Origin: Eledone cirrhosa
Taxonomy: Eukaryota
Direction: 5' to 3'
Length of the DNA stretch: 64,000 bases
Assembly (NCBI GenBank): GCA_964016885.1
Contig: OZ024743.1
Span: forward strand, 313,224,001-313,288,000
Shown here: positions 42,512 to 55,551 of the stretch, one piece after another
Layout of the letters: every line of letters starts with the position of its first letter
Position numbering within the stretch: position 1 is the first letter of the stretch
Notes under the pieces: model-generated
Seen by the model: the letters and a program-made list of their open reading frames with translations, nothing else
Databases searched by the model: none
What the model was told of the DNA's origin: nothing
Made by a program: the position numbers and the translations under genes

Positions 42512-42921
42512 AGGGCGGTGGGTTGGCAGTATCGAAGGGCGGTGGATTGGCAGTATCGGTAGAGGGTCGGACGCCATGCTTTGCAGCAAAGAGTTACGGC
42601 CCTTTATGGTCTGAGTTCAAATTCCGCCGAGGTTAACTTTGCCTTTCATCCTTACAGGGTCGATAAAATAAAGTACCAGTAATACACTGGGTAATTGCTG
42701 GTCTTGTGCCAAAAGTAGAAACAATTAAAGGGCGATGGATTGGCAGTATCGGTAGAGGGTCGGACGCCATGCTTTGACGCGTAGAGTTACAGCCCTTGCC
42801 ATTCTGAGTTCAAATCTCGCCGAGGTTAACTTTGCCTTTCATCCTTACGGGGTCGATAAAAATAAAGTACCAGTAATACACTGGGTAATTGCTGGCCTTG
42901 TGCCAAAAGTAGAAACAATTA
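42512..42921 (+). mobile_element. Tandem SINE pair with a duplicated 5' head
   Basis: Full copies at ~42538-42727 and ~42729-42921. Confidence 0.9.
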
Positions 42922-43376
42922 TTTGTTATACAGACTCAAAATAAAGTGCTAGTAATGCACTGGTACTACAATTGACTTTACCCACCCGCTAAATTGTTGG
43001 GCTTGTCTCTAAATCAGAAACAACTATTTATTATATAGACTAGTGGACCAGTACCGTCAATAATCACGGCAATAGCGTTGAACGTATTTAGGTTTTGAAG
43101 GCCAGGATTGAGAGGCTATATATACTAATATTATTGAATATATGAGCAATTATACAAAATGGAAAATTTACGTTTTGATTAATTTATGGATTTCTTAAGA
43201 GAAACCTTATAGCTTATGTTGATTACTGATAAGTGGAAATGATAAAACGGTAAAAATGATACTTTAACAAGTCATTTCTAGTATAGAATTACATAAATGT
43301 TCAACATGTATCTACAAATGACAATCAGGATATAGGAGGGCCGGAATACAGCACGTTCATACCTAGCTGGCCGGCG

Positions 43377-43451
<75 letters not shown>

Positions 43452-44070
43452 GATGGCTGCCCCCTCGTTTTCGAGTATGGCCATTGCACGATATGCCATT
43501 ATTAATAATTATTAATTAATTCTAACGAGCAATGCCTGTGCGTGAAGATATTTTTTAAAGTGAGGAAAGACTGTGCACTGAGCCAATCCCACTCTCTGAG
43601 CGACAGTAGCTATAACCCGAAAAGAAGAAAAGATCAACATCATCAGTAACTACTGAGCCGCAGGTTTTATATCGGAGTTATCCCAGTTTCCTAAGTTGCC
43701 TTCTCCTAGAAGAATGCCCTGACAAAGGCTAGGGTTCTTTCACTCCCAGTGGTTTAACCGCGCGATCGGGTGTCCAGCCCGAATATTTCTATGTCCTCGC
43801 GCATATACAAACAATGGACCCATATATATACACATAGATATACATACATATGTACATGTGTATATACATATTTACACACTTTGGGATGGCCGTTGACTCT
43901 TATGAGATCTTCCGCCCTTTGTCAGGTTTTGTTTTCTGTCTTGCAGGGTGTCCAAAATCACTCTCCTCACCAAGTAAATTTGGTGGGGTTGCCGGTTTAG
44001 TCGCCGACGACCCCACCATGCGACAAGTTGTATTTGGTTACACGTTACCAGTAGCACTCAAGAGTGACCC
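43452..44070 (-). mobile_element. Non-autonomous RTE-derived element, family B, longest copy
   Basis: 5' ~190 bp shared with family A; the remainder matches 8140-8605. Confidence 0.8.
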
Positions 44071-44239
44071 GACATACATACACACACACACACACATGTA
44101 TATATATATAAGTTAAATTTTTTTATTATTATTACAATTAATAGTAGGGTTATTTGCCTTATTACTGTTGTCGATGTATTTAATCTTATTTATATAACCT
44201 GCTCTATTTCATTATAATATTCTGCCTTATCGTCAAAAA

Positions 44240-45658
44240 TATTTTTATTAGCGGAGATGCATGAAATCCGTTGTTGGACAGAAATGTACAGTTAAAACCA
44301 GTGATAATATATTTAAGTATGTCGGTGAAACTTCTACAGAATTTAAAAGTCGTTGGAATAACCACAAATGCTCTTTCCGAAGATTTGATAAAAAATCTTC
44401 AACTTCTCTTTCAAACCTGATATGGAACTTAAAATACAAGAATATGGACTATTCATTAGCTTGGGAAACTGTTTCAAAAGCACCCTCGTACGGAAACACA
44501 GCTTTATCTAGATTCTGCAAATTGTGTATTGAGGAAATCTTTTTCATACTAAAATGTAAAAACTCTATTAATCTAAGAACGAATTTATTTAATTCTTGTA
44601 GACATCGCTAGAATTTAACATTCAGAACTACATATAACTTATAATTATACTTATAATATTTCTACTTATTTCCATAACAATCTCATCCACTTGGTTTTAA
44701 TATATTGATATCTCTTAATCATAATATCTATAACATTTGCTATAATTCCACTTCTTAAAGTTTCATAAAATATATACGTATATAATTCTTATATTTTTTT
44801 TAAATTTTAATAATTTGTATTTCTTTATTTTTATTTCTTTAATTTTTATTTCTTTAAAAATTACTTATCTCTTATAAATTATTTAAAAAAAAAAACTATC
44901 TCAAATTTTTCACTATTTTTTTCAATGCTTTATCAATATTTTTTCAATACTTTATCAATATTTCAGATTCTGGTTAAATGTATCTTTCAACATCTAAACT
45001 TATTTTGACTAAATAGTCTCACACTAATGAATAAATAAATTAAACCGGAGTTTTTTTCCCGTATCTTCCCATTTTAAATCATATAAATATAAATATTCTT
45101 ATTAACTTAGTTAATTTAATTTAATTTAATTTAACTTAATATTTATTTACATTAAATACAAAACCAATATCCCTCATAACTCAGTAGAACAATTATCTAT
45201 AACATGATATACCCATTTATTTATTTATTTATTTATTTAATTATTTACTTATGACAAGAAAAATATTATATTACAAACAAATTTTAAACAACTAATAATC
45301 GTAAATACACGTACTATTAAGATATATACTTAGAATATATTTCCTTCAAATTAACGTTATATGGGTTTTATTCATCTTCTCTTGTTTCTTTCTTCTCTCT
45401 CTCTCGCACTATCTTATCCTCTTCTCTTATCTCTTCTTTCTCTCTCTCCATAGTCGTTTAAATAAACGGTTGTTTTTCAATTATTTACATATTCATTTGC
45501 ATATTCACACATGATTTTGAAAATTCCCTAATATATTTCCACTATCAAGTGAATATCCAACCGATAAGGTATGATTTTTATGGGTATGTCTCTATTTATA
45601 AAACAAACTTTGTATTTTATCTGATGAAAGCGTACCAATGTGTCTTGGTACCCTTGAA

Positions 45659-45665
<7 letters not shown>
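44240..45665 (+). mobile_element. Penelope-like element 3' part: GIY-YIG endonuclease, AT-rich trailer and terminal hammerhead core
   Basis: KYVGETSTEFKSRWNNHKCSF...CKLCIEE...NLFNSCRH; CTGATGA-stem-GAAA at 45621-45659. Confidence 0.85.
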
Positions 45666-45720
<55 letters not shown>

Positions 45721-45935
45721 TAAGTTAAAGTGTACATCTACATATGTATACGGAAGTATTAGTATGCATATAAATACACACATGTATACATATGTACATG
45801 TACTCAGCTTTTCACTAGACACTTTACAGTGAGTGTCAGCTAGTCTGTATGTAACCACACAGACGGACCGGGTTTTAGAGTCATACGGGTTTTCAAGGAA
45901 ACACATTTCCTCTATTCTCCAGAGGGCCAGACAGG

Positions 45936-45980
45936 AATATTGGACTAGTTTCGATGTTATTACATCTCATCAGCAATATT
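45936..45980 (-). ncRNA. Minimal type I hammerhead ribozyme (inverted copy)
   Basis: Reverse complement of 46055-46099. Confidence 0.9.
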
Positions 45981-46054
45981 TACCCATCTTCCGGCTTCTC
46001 TGCATATAACGATATGTGCTTTTAAAATTCTCCAGAGAAGCCGGAAGATGGGTA

Positions 46055-46099
46055 AATATTGCTGATGAGATGTAATAACATCGAAACTAGTCCAATATT
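46055..46099 (+). ncRNA. Minimal type I hammerhead ribozyme, canonical core, GUC site
   Basis: AATATTG-CTGATGA-GATGT aata ACATC-GAAA-CTAG-TC-CAATATT. Confidence 0.92.
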
Positions 46100-46383
46100 C
46101 CTGTCTGGCCCTCTGGAGAATAGAGGAAATGTGTTTCCTTGAAAACCCGTATGACTCTAAAACCCGGTCCGTCTGTGTGGTTACATACAGACTAGCTGAC
46201 ACTCACTGTAAAGTGTCTAGTGAAAAGCTGAGTACATGTACATATGTATACATGTGTGTATTTATATGCATACTAATACTTCCGTATACATATGTAGATG
46301 TACACTTTAACTTAATTGTTTAAGCGTCAGTCATACAAAAGTGAGTTAGAAGCGAAACGAAATTTAATTTCGTTTCGTTATTT

Positions 46384-46474
<91 letters not shown>

Positions 46475-46558
46475 TAAGTTATTCCGGGTTGAATCGGAGG
46501 TAACCACAGTAATAAGGTACTCAATACATACCAGAGTATAAAAGTTTTAATATAGATG

Positions 46559-46609
46559 AGATTCTACAGGACTAGAACTGTTTCATTCTTTAGAAATCAT
46601 CAGGAATCT
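46559..46609 (-). ncRNA. Type I hammerhead ribozyme, GUA site
   Basis: AGATTC-CTGATGA-tTTC taaa GAAt-GAAA-CAG ttctagtc CTG-TA-GAATCT. Confidence 0.75.
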
Positions 46610-47114
46610 GGCTTTCCAAAAATAAATGTACTGGTATTTATATATTTTCAGGTGGGAGGAGAGGGTGGGGAGTGGGATTGGTGGAGGTCATTGTTTGAAA
46701 GAAAAGGGAATTCATTAAAAGCTAATTCTTTAAGGTTATAATTTATATTTAGAGTGACAAAGGCAGAAAGGATTCTATAAACAGGTTCAGAATAGGGTGC
46801 CCCTCCTAATTTTTAAGTTTCTCTTAAGCTAACAATGCCTATATTTCAGGTGTCTATAAGGTGGTTGTGGGTCGGTCATGGTTGATGGATTTAAAGAAAA
46901 GGGAAATTCTTTAAAAGCTAATTCTTTAAAGCTCTACTTAGAGTGACAAAGACCAAGAGCATTCTATAAACCAGTTCAAGATATTGGGTGACTATCATTA
47001 TTGTTATATTTCTCTTAAGCTATATTCCAGGTGTCAAAAGACGCATTCACATACACACACACACACACACATATATATATACACATATACACACACATAC
47101 ATATATATATATAT

Positions 47115-47145
<31 letters not shown>

Positions 47146-47670
47146 CATATACACACACATACGCACATATACATATATATATATATAATAATTTAATACA
47201 ATAACAGAGATAGTTTAAAGCTAAACTCTGACTGGTAACCATCTCACTCAACAAACATTAGGTTACATTAAAATATAAACCCAATTTAAGTGTTTGGGGT
47301 GCTAACAATATGTATAATGTGGAAAAACCAGTTGTATTATTTTATGAGATATAATTAAAGTTAAAGTATATCTCTCTTTCCAAACAATTGTTTCATTATA
47401 AGTTTTCTACAAGTTTGGGAGAATGTTTCCAGTTTATGTAGAAGCCTAATATATAATCATGTAAGAATATATATATATTTAGGTGGGCACTTATAAATCA
47501 TCAGTGGAAGCCCATTAAACATTGATATAAGAAAACAATTTCTTACCGCTGTCAAAAATCATGTCCGTAAAGTTGCTCTCTCTCACCCCGAATGACCGCC
47601 AAATTGGAAATTCCAGCAGTTTTTGACTGAGGAAGTATCATAGCGACACGAAGCGGGAAGGGGAGACAAC

Positions 47671-47758
<88 letters not shown>

Positions 47759-47768
47759 ATACATACAT

Positions 47769-47808
<40 letters not shown>

Positions 47809-49072
47809 TCTCTTGGCCTTTGTCACTCTAAGTAGAGCTTTAAAGAATTAGCTTTTAAAGAATTTCCCTTTTCTTTAAATCCATCAACCATGACCGACCC
47901 ACAACCACCTTATAACACCTGAAATATAGGCATTGTTAGATTAAGAGAAACTTAAAAATTAGGAGTGACACCCCATTCTGAACCTGTTTATAGAATCCTT
48001 TCGAAACAGTAAGGATATTTTCGAAACGTCAATACTCATCTTTTTCCATTTCTCCGAGGGTTCTTAATCCCACTATCAGGCTAAATAATTTCTTTAATTT
48101 CTTTAGTCAAAATACGGCGATAGCTTACATTTCTAATATATATATATATTGATATGTCTTAGTGCACACTTATCTGTGTATGAATATATTTCAATCACTT
48201 TCTTATAATGATTACGGCTCGATTTTATTCTCTGAATTCTATCTTGAGTTGCTTTTAGAGACAAGACATATGTTTGATTTTGTATCCTTCATGACACCCT
48301 TTACTCTGAAAGTAATAATAATAATATATATTCCCTTACGGTTGAGTAAACCTTAGGCGGTAACTAACTGCTTCTTCTAGCAATGAACCTACTTGCCATC
48401 CGCCCTACCCTTCACAGCACTTATATCTTGACCGTTATATTTTCACCCCTTTTGAATTCGTTACTAACGGCGATCAAATCGGAAACTTTGCTCCTAACTG
48501 AGGGAGTCTCTTGAAAAGCTCGGAGCCTCATGGATAATGCAACGATTAGACACATCCACAAAGTACGAGCGAAACTATCGAATTTTTGGTATTGTTTATC
48601 TATATTTTCTTCAAACTTACATTTTAGACTTAGCTCCGTTTAATTCATTATTTGTCTAGTTAATTTCTACGGACTAATTAAGTTTTGTCTGACTGTTCCT
48701 CACAGAGAAAAATCGATAACATTTATCTGTTATTTCTTCAAAGTTACATTTTAAACTTAGTTCCGTCTAATGATTATTTATCTGGTTGATTTTTATGGAC
48801 TAAGGGAAACAATTGGATAAATTTTGTCTGACTATTCTTCAATCTTATAATTATATATATATATATATATATACATGAGATAACAAGTTATCGTTTTAGG
48901 TAATCCAGTTAGAGGTTGGATAGTTTTAACGTACGACGTTGTTTGACTGAACAAGAAGTTTCCTTAGTTAGATAGCGAGTTTGCGAGAATTCCCATGCAG
49001 GTTATTCTTGGAGTAATAGTAGTGAAAGAGTGAAGAATAACATGGTCATCTGTACAAAAAGGGTTTTATTTA

Positions 49073-49187
49073 CAGTATTAACAATTGTTTCATTGATCAG
49101 GTGAGTCTAACGGCCGCTAATGACTCGCAGTTACGTTACTCGACTTTAAATACAGTGTGTGTCTTTGATCAAATCATCGGAATACTG
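49073..49187 (-). ncRNA. Type I hammerhead-like motif, U4C variant, long stem II insert, GUU site
   Basis: CAGTATT-CCGATGA-tTTGATCA...TGATCAAt-GAAA-CAATTG-TT-AATACTG. Confidence 0.7.
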
Positions 49188-50136
49188 GAGGGTGTAACAC
49201 ATGGCATTGGTATTTATAGGTACATCGGGTAATCAAGTGGGTGAAAACAATAACATCAATAATAAAAGATAATAATAAAGAAGTTAGAATGAAAATGATA
49301 AAGATGTAAAAAATAAGTAAAAAATAAGTTCAGAAAACGATTGCTGATAATAGTAGTGGTGGTGGTGGTAGTTGAAATTACAGTGGTGAATAAGTGGATG
49401 TGTAAAATAGTGATGACGGTAAAGATAACAATAACATGAAAAGAAATACTAAATACATGATATGTCGTATAAATGTAAGAGTTATAATCAAATCTCAGGA
49501 TTAAAATAATAAAAAAAATAACAGACAAAAGATAAAAAATAAAAAATAGAAAATAAGTAAGAGAGGAAGAGATAGGGGACAGGAGACAGAGTGAGGATAC
49601 GGATTCAAGGATGAGACATAAAGGGTAGGGCTAAGGACGGGGAAGGATTAGATAGATAGATAGATAGATAGAGAATAAAAAGTGAAAGGGGCAGTGATAA
49701 TATATGGGTGATTAAGGTCTGGCAGACTGATTGTTTTATCTTAATGGAACTGGTGCGGTTATAGAGAGAGAGAGTGGAAGAAATGCTGGGAGATTTATGA
49801 TGTTGATTTAATGACCAGTTGGTCAGTTGACAGCTAATAATAGTGGGGTGGTGTGGAGCTAGTACATTAAAACCCGAGTGGTTCTGCTTGAATTCTGAGA
49901 TTGCTGGATCGAATCATGCCGGCTGCAGAACTTGGTAGCTGCTTTGTGCCTACAGAAAATTGATCGTTCTATTTTGTTGTTAAGCAGCATTTTATCATTA
50001 GTCCGTAGAAATTAACTAGACAAATAATCAACTTCGAGTGATTAGCGGCCTTTAGACTCACCTGGTCAATGAAACAATTGTTAATACTGTAAATAAAATC
50101 CTTTTTGTACAGCCGACCATGTTATTCTTCACTCTT

Positions 50137-50258
<122 letters not shown>

Positions 50259-51274
50259 AATGAATAATAACAGGTAGACATCATAAAAAGGTAATTTATT
50301 CTGTGTGCTTACAAATGTTTCCACGGTGGTTATAAAGCCTAGTTATGCTAGTTTTATGTTGTCTACCTGTTATTATTCATTCTTTATCTACACTCCGGAA
50401 TACAGAAGGATCAGGAATTGAGTTTCTTCAACTATTCTTCCATAACTCGTTGAGTAACCTCTCACCGTACGTCAACTCTATCCAGTGTAGTAATTAACCA
50501 TTACTGCATCCAGGATAATCTTATATATATATATATATAGTGAAAGAGTGAAGAATAACATGGTCGGCTGAACAATATATATATATATATATATTGTATA
50601 GCCGATTGTTTTAAGTTATATATATGTTAAACTTATATATATGTTAAAACAATGAAATAAAAATAATTCATTTTAGTTGAGGTCATGACCCTTTGAAAGG
50701 GTCATGACCTCAACTAAAGTGAATTAATTTTCATCTTAACATCATATGAAAAGAAAACAATCTGATTGGTTAGTTCTTCAACTACCTCCAAACAAGGTCA
50801 TAGAACTAAACATAATACTAATTTACTGCTAATTTTGAATAAAATTATTATTGCTTTTGACAACAGCTGGTGTAAATATTCCATTTATCTGATATCTTGT
50901 AACTAACCTTACATAGATCGATATCGAAGTATAGTTACGATGTATTATCATCGCCTAGAAACGATCGTAAAGCAGTGAAGTATATTTCTAATGACTTGAT
51001 TTTTTATTTCATTGTTTTAACTTATATCATGACTCTGTTTTCCTTTTAATGTTTTATTGTTTTCCGGGATTTATTTTAACCTACAACATTTTCAACATAT
51101 GGATTTTCTATTTCTAGTGGTAGTAGATTGACCTCTCCGCCTCTGCCTTCTATCTTTGCACACGACACTGGACAGAATTGCTTCCACATCATTCATTCTC
51201 ATCTCGGGAACAATTTTGAATAGCGCCAGTTCGTAGTTCGAACTCGAGAATTTTATATTCTCCGAGTGAAAAGA

Positions 51275-51360
51275 ACCTTCTGACGAGAATCTTTCTTTTC
51301 AATGGGGGCCCGTAAGGACTATCCATTTATTTTTGAGGCTCGAAACCGTACGGTAAAGGT
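51275..51360 (+). ncRNA. Type I hammerhead ribozyme, GUA site
   Basis: ACCTT-CTGACGA-GAATCTT...GAGGCTC-GAAA-CCGTACGG-TA-AAGGT. Confidence 0.8.
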
Positions 51361-51718
51361 AACCATAGCAGGTACAGTGAATTTTTAGAAATTTATTTTA
51401 AAACCTTTTCTTATTTGCTAAACCTTGATTATATATATACTGTATATATATATTAGAAAGTGAGGTTTTTTTTACAAGATGAAAAATAACCGATGTGTCC
51501 TACAAAGTGAAAGTATAAGGAAAAGTATAAGGATAAAAAATGAAATCGAAAATGTAACTGGAATCTTTTTAAAAAAATATATGGAGGGTTTGTGGAAACC
51601 CTCTATCTCAATTCTACTTTTGACAAACAGAAGAACAGCGAAACCGGTAAAGGAACCAAATAAATATATATTTAAAAAAAAAAAATACTTCAGTTGCATT
51701 TTCGATTTCATCTTTTTT

Positions 51719-51776
<58 letters not shown>

Positions 51777-52049
51777 CTCAATATCGAGTACTCATTTCTC
51801 TCAGTTGTCAACCACATACGGATATATGTATATATATATATATATAACCACATACTGATATATGATGTATACATGCTCCCTCCTCCTCATCATCCAATTT
51901 CTTCCCTTTCCCTCCCTTCCCTACCTCACCACTCCACATCCTCTCCTTCGTCCCCTCCCCGCCCTTCATTTCCTATCTCCACTTCCACCCCTATATACAT
52001 ATATATATATATTTCCGTTGGAGTTCTGAAATACCGATGAAAATCTCCA

Positions 52050-52860
52050 CTTTTGCCCGATCCCACCTTGAATACTGTTGTCCACTGTGGTCTCCCCACA
52101 CGAAACAAAGTAACATGAAAGTTGAAGCACCCGAAAGATCGATTACAAAAAAGATAGATGTCATGTCAGACCTTGACTATTGGAGTCGATTAGAAAAGTT
52201 CAACCTTTATTCTCTTCAACGTCGCTGTGAGCGCTACATTATCTGTATGATGTGGGTGGTGAATTGGCAGTATCGGTAGAGGGTTGGATGCCATGCTTTG
52301 ATGCATAGAGTTACGGCCCTTGCCATTCTGAGTTCAAATCCCGCCTAGGTTAACTTTGCCTTTCATCCTTACGGGGTCGATAAAATAAAGTACCAGTAAT
52401 GCACTGGGTAATTGCTGGCCTTGTGCCAAAAGTAGAAACAATTATCTGTATGATGTGGAAAATATTCCACCAGCTTTGCCCAAATGATGTTGGCATCACC
52501 TTTAATGTACACCCAAGGCTTGGGCCCCGTGCTATCCGCCCAGGACAAAAACCTCACTCGCATCTTATAACAACAATACGGCACAATTATTTCACCTCAA
52601 TTGGCCCTGCTCTCTTTAACATTACACCAAAATACATCAAAGCAGAAACAGACCCATCAAGTTCAAGAAGTCTTTGGATAAATTCCTTCAAGAAATCCCG
52701 GATAAGCCTCCTACACCCGGATATGCCTCCGTAAACAATAACTCTCTGATCGAGTGGGCCATGGTGCCCAAACCCTGATTTGTAAGACTTCGCCAGGTGG
52801 TGTTATTAAGTTAGACATGGCCTGGGTCAATACTGGCCGAAACCTATCAAAGTTATACGA
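52050..52860 (+). mobile_element. CR1/L2-like LINE 3' fragment split by a SINE
   Basis: RSHLEYCCPLWSPH, LDYWSRLEKFNLYSLQRRCERY, GPALFN. Confidence 0.85.
52256..52440 (+). mobile_element. tRNA-derived SINE with 18 bp TSD
   Basis: ATTATCTGTATGATGTGG at 52238-52255 and 52441-52458. Confidence 0.93.
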
Positions 52861-52979
52861 ATGTACTTTAAATTCATAGCGAAAGGCCTTCAAAATATTT
52901 TAAAATAAACATATAGTATATTAGTCAAGTATTGGGGGTCGATTCTTCCTCTATATCTCATTCTCTCATCCTCTCTGCT

Positions 52980-53058
<79 letters not shown>

Positions 53059-54673
53059 ACTCACTCTTTCTCTGGAAGAAATTGGCAGTGTTCTGTCCTA
53101 GAGAGGGAATGGCTCAACCACATTAAAATACTCTCGACATTCTATATGTCATGAAGGTGCCACTACGACGCCATCAGAATTAAAGGGCCCATATATATAT
53201 ATATATATATATATATTTATGTATGTATACGTTTATATCTGTGTATATGTATGTGTACGTATATCTATGTATATGTGTGTCTTGTGTATGTAGGCGTGTA
53301 GGCGCGTAGGCGCGTAGGCGTATATATAAGTATAAGTGTATATATGTATACGTGCATGCATACCTGTGTATGTATGTGTGTGTGTATATGTGTATGTGTG
53401 TACTTATGTGTCTATGTATGTGTGTGTGTCTGTGAAATCCCCAGAAGAGATCATCAGTGACTGAAAGTAATGATGACATTTAGACACACTTCTATTGCTC
53501 TTTTGTAGGCGAACACATTTACGTTAATCTTTATAAATAATGTCAGTTCCATTACCCACTGAAAAGCCTGCGTTCATATCAAATCTCTCAATAAAAACAG
53601 AACTATGGAAACTTTTTCGTGCTATTATGTCTCCATTTCCATAACAAAATCATCTGTAATCCTTACTTTCTCTGTTGCTCTCTGCTGGTTTCTACACGAC
53701 AATATATTTTAGTGTTAGTTTATCAATAAATTGCCGCCATGCTTATTTGGGAACGAAATTTTGAAAATAAAAAATACGTAATAAATATAAATCTTATTCT
53801 CAAAATAATTAAAATCGTTTTAATTATATTTTGATTCGTGGAAATTATTTGAACGTAATTTATAGGGAAAAAATATTAATATTTCGTATTTCTTCTCATA
53901 TTAAATAATTACTAGCCAATATGAAAATAATTTGAGTCACGAAAATGATGGAGCTATGATATAAATATTAATATATAGATTGAGCGCTCTCATTAACAGC
54001 GGGCGCAAGCTGCATGAAACCGATTGACTATTGTGATTATACCATTCTACGCGCGATTTCACGCTTCGTAACCAATATCCTGCATGCAACAGATTGGCTA
54101 TTGAGACTATACCATTCTGTGAATGACTTCACCACTCGTAAGTAATATCTGCACTGAAGAGCTCCACTTATTTTCAATATCACACTCAATATTATTTCTT
54201 TTGAAATAGGGTTCCAAAAAATTTCAGCTGCATACTTCACAATGCTTCGCATGAATTATATCACTACATAAATATATTAAGCCTACGTTCTGGGTTTAAA
54301 ATACTGATATATATAAATATAATAGATAACAACTCTGCAGGTAGAATAGCTAACAATCTTATATAAAAAATGTAGGTTTTAAAGATGCTTTCTCCTAAGA
54401 CTGTACCTTCTATTAAAGCTATAATTTACTGGTGAACCCAGCATAGCTGATCTTTTAAGAAATTCGCTTCGCACTCTTAAGATCATGGGTTCATAACCAC
54501 TGCAGTGTCATATACCATAGCCTCAGGTCGACTCAAGTATTGTGAGTGAAATTGGATGAACCGAAACAGTTTGGAAGCCTGTTAGGTGGACTGTATCTGA
54601 AATTGAAAGAGACAGTATTGTCACACTGAATGTCCAAGAGTACACGTGTCTGTGGAATATTTACCCACTTATA

Positions 54674-54856
54674 TAATTGTTTCTACTTTTGGTACAAGGC
54701 CAGCAAGTACCCCAGCGCGCGACTGATACTTTATTTTATCGACCCCGTAAGGATGAAAGGCAAAGTTAACCTCGGTGGGATTTGAACTCAGATCATAAAG
54801 GGCCGTAACTCTATGCTGCAAAGCATGGCGTCCGACGGTCTACCGATACTGCTAAT
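54674..54856 (-). mobile_element. tRNA-derived SINE
   Basis: Reverse complement of the consensus. Confidence 0.88.
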
Positions 54857-55123
54857 CTACAGTCTAAGTTGGACTGTGCGATTAATTCAGATTGTCAGAT
54901 GGGAAGATTCAATCAACTTCAGTAGTTACCTGATATTTTATTTTATCAATTCTGGAAGGATGGACAAAAGGAAAGTGTGGCCTCAGTGGGATTTGAACTC
55001 AGAACGTAAAGAGCTGGAACAAACAACATAAAATACTTTCTCCTATGCTCTAATGACTCTGCCAACATACTACTGCTATTACTACTACTACAGCTGTTGC
55101 TGCTGTTGCTGCTGTTGCTGCTG

Positions 55124-55177
<54 letters not shown>

Positions 55178-55421
55178 GTAGTATGATTGATGTAGAATAA
55201 ATTAATTAGTAACATTAATACTAAGATAAAAAAGAATGATAAAAATAATAAGAAAAATGGCGAAGACAAACAGAAAAGACGAGAATGAAGGAAACAAATT
55301 AAAATTAGAATTTTATTGTTGATAATAATAGTATTTTATAAAATTTTTAATCTTTTCAGAAAAAACACTGTATTTGGTTTTGTCAAGCAACTAATCAAAT
55401 TTTGTTTAACAACGTTAAAAA

Positions 55422-55491
<70 letters not shown>

Positions 55492-55509
55492 AATATGTAT
55501 ATATATAAA

Positions 55510-55551
<42 letters not shown>

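Larger units (their letters stand above)
45716..46319. repeat. Inverted repeat with 287 bp arms and a 30 bp spacer
   Basis: 45716-46002 versus 46033-46319; identical translations on both strands. Confidence 0.97.

Noticed and set aside
43040-43075. Minus-strand hairpin plus CTAG resembling a Helitron 3' end
   Set aside because: No matching 5' end or second copy found in the window
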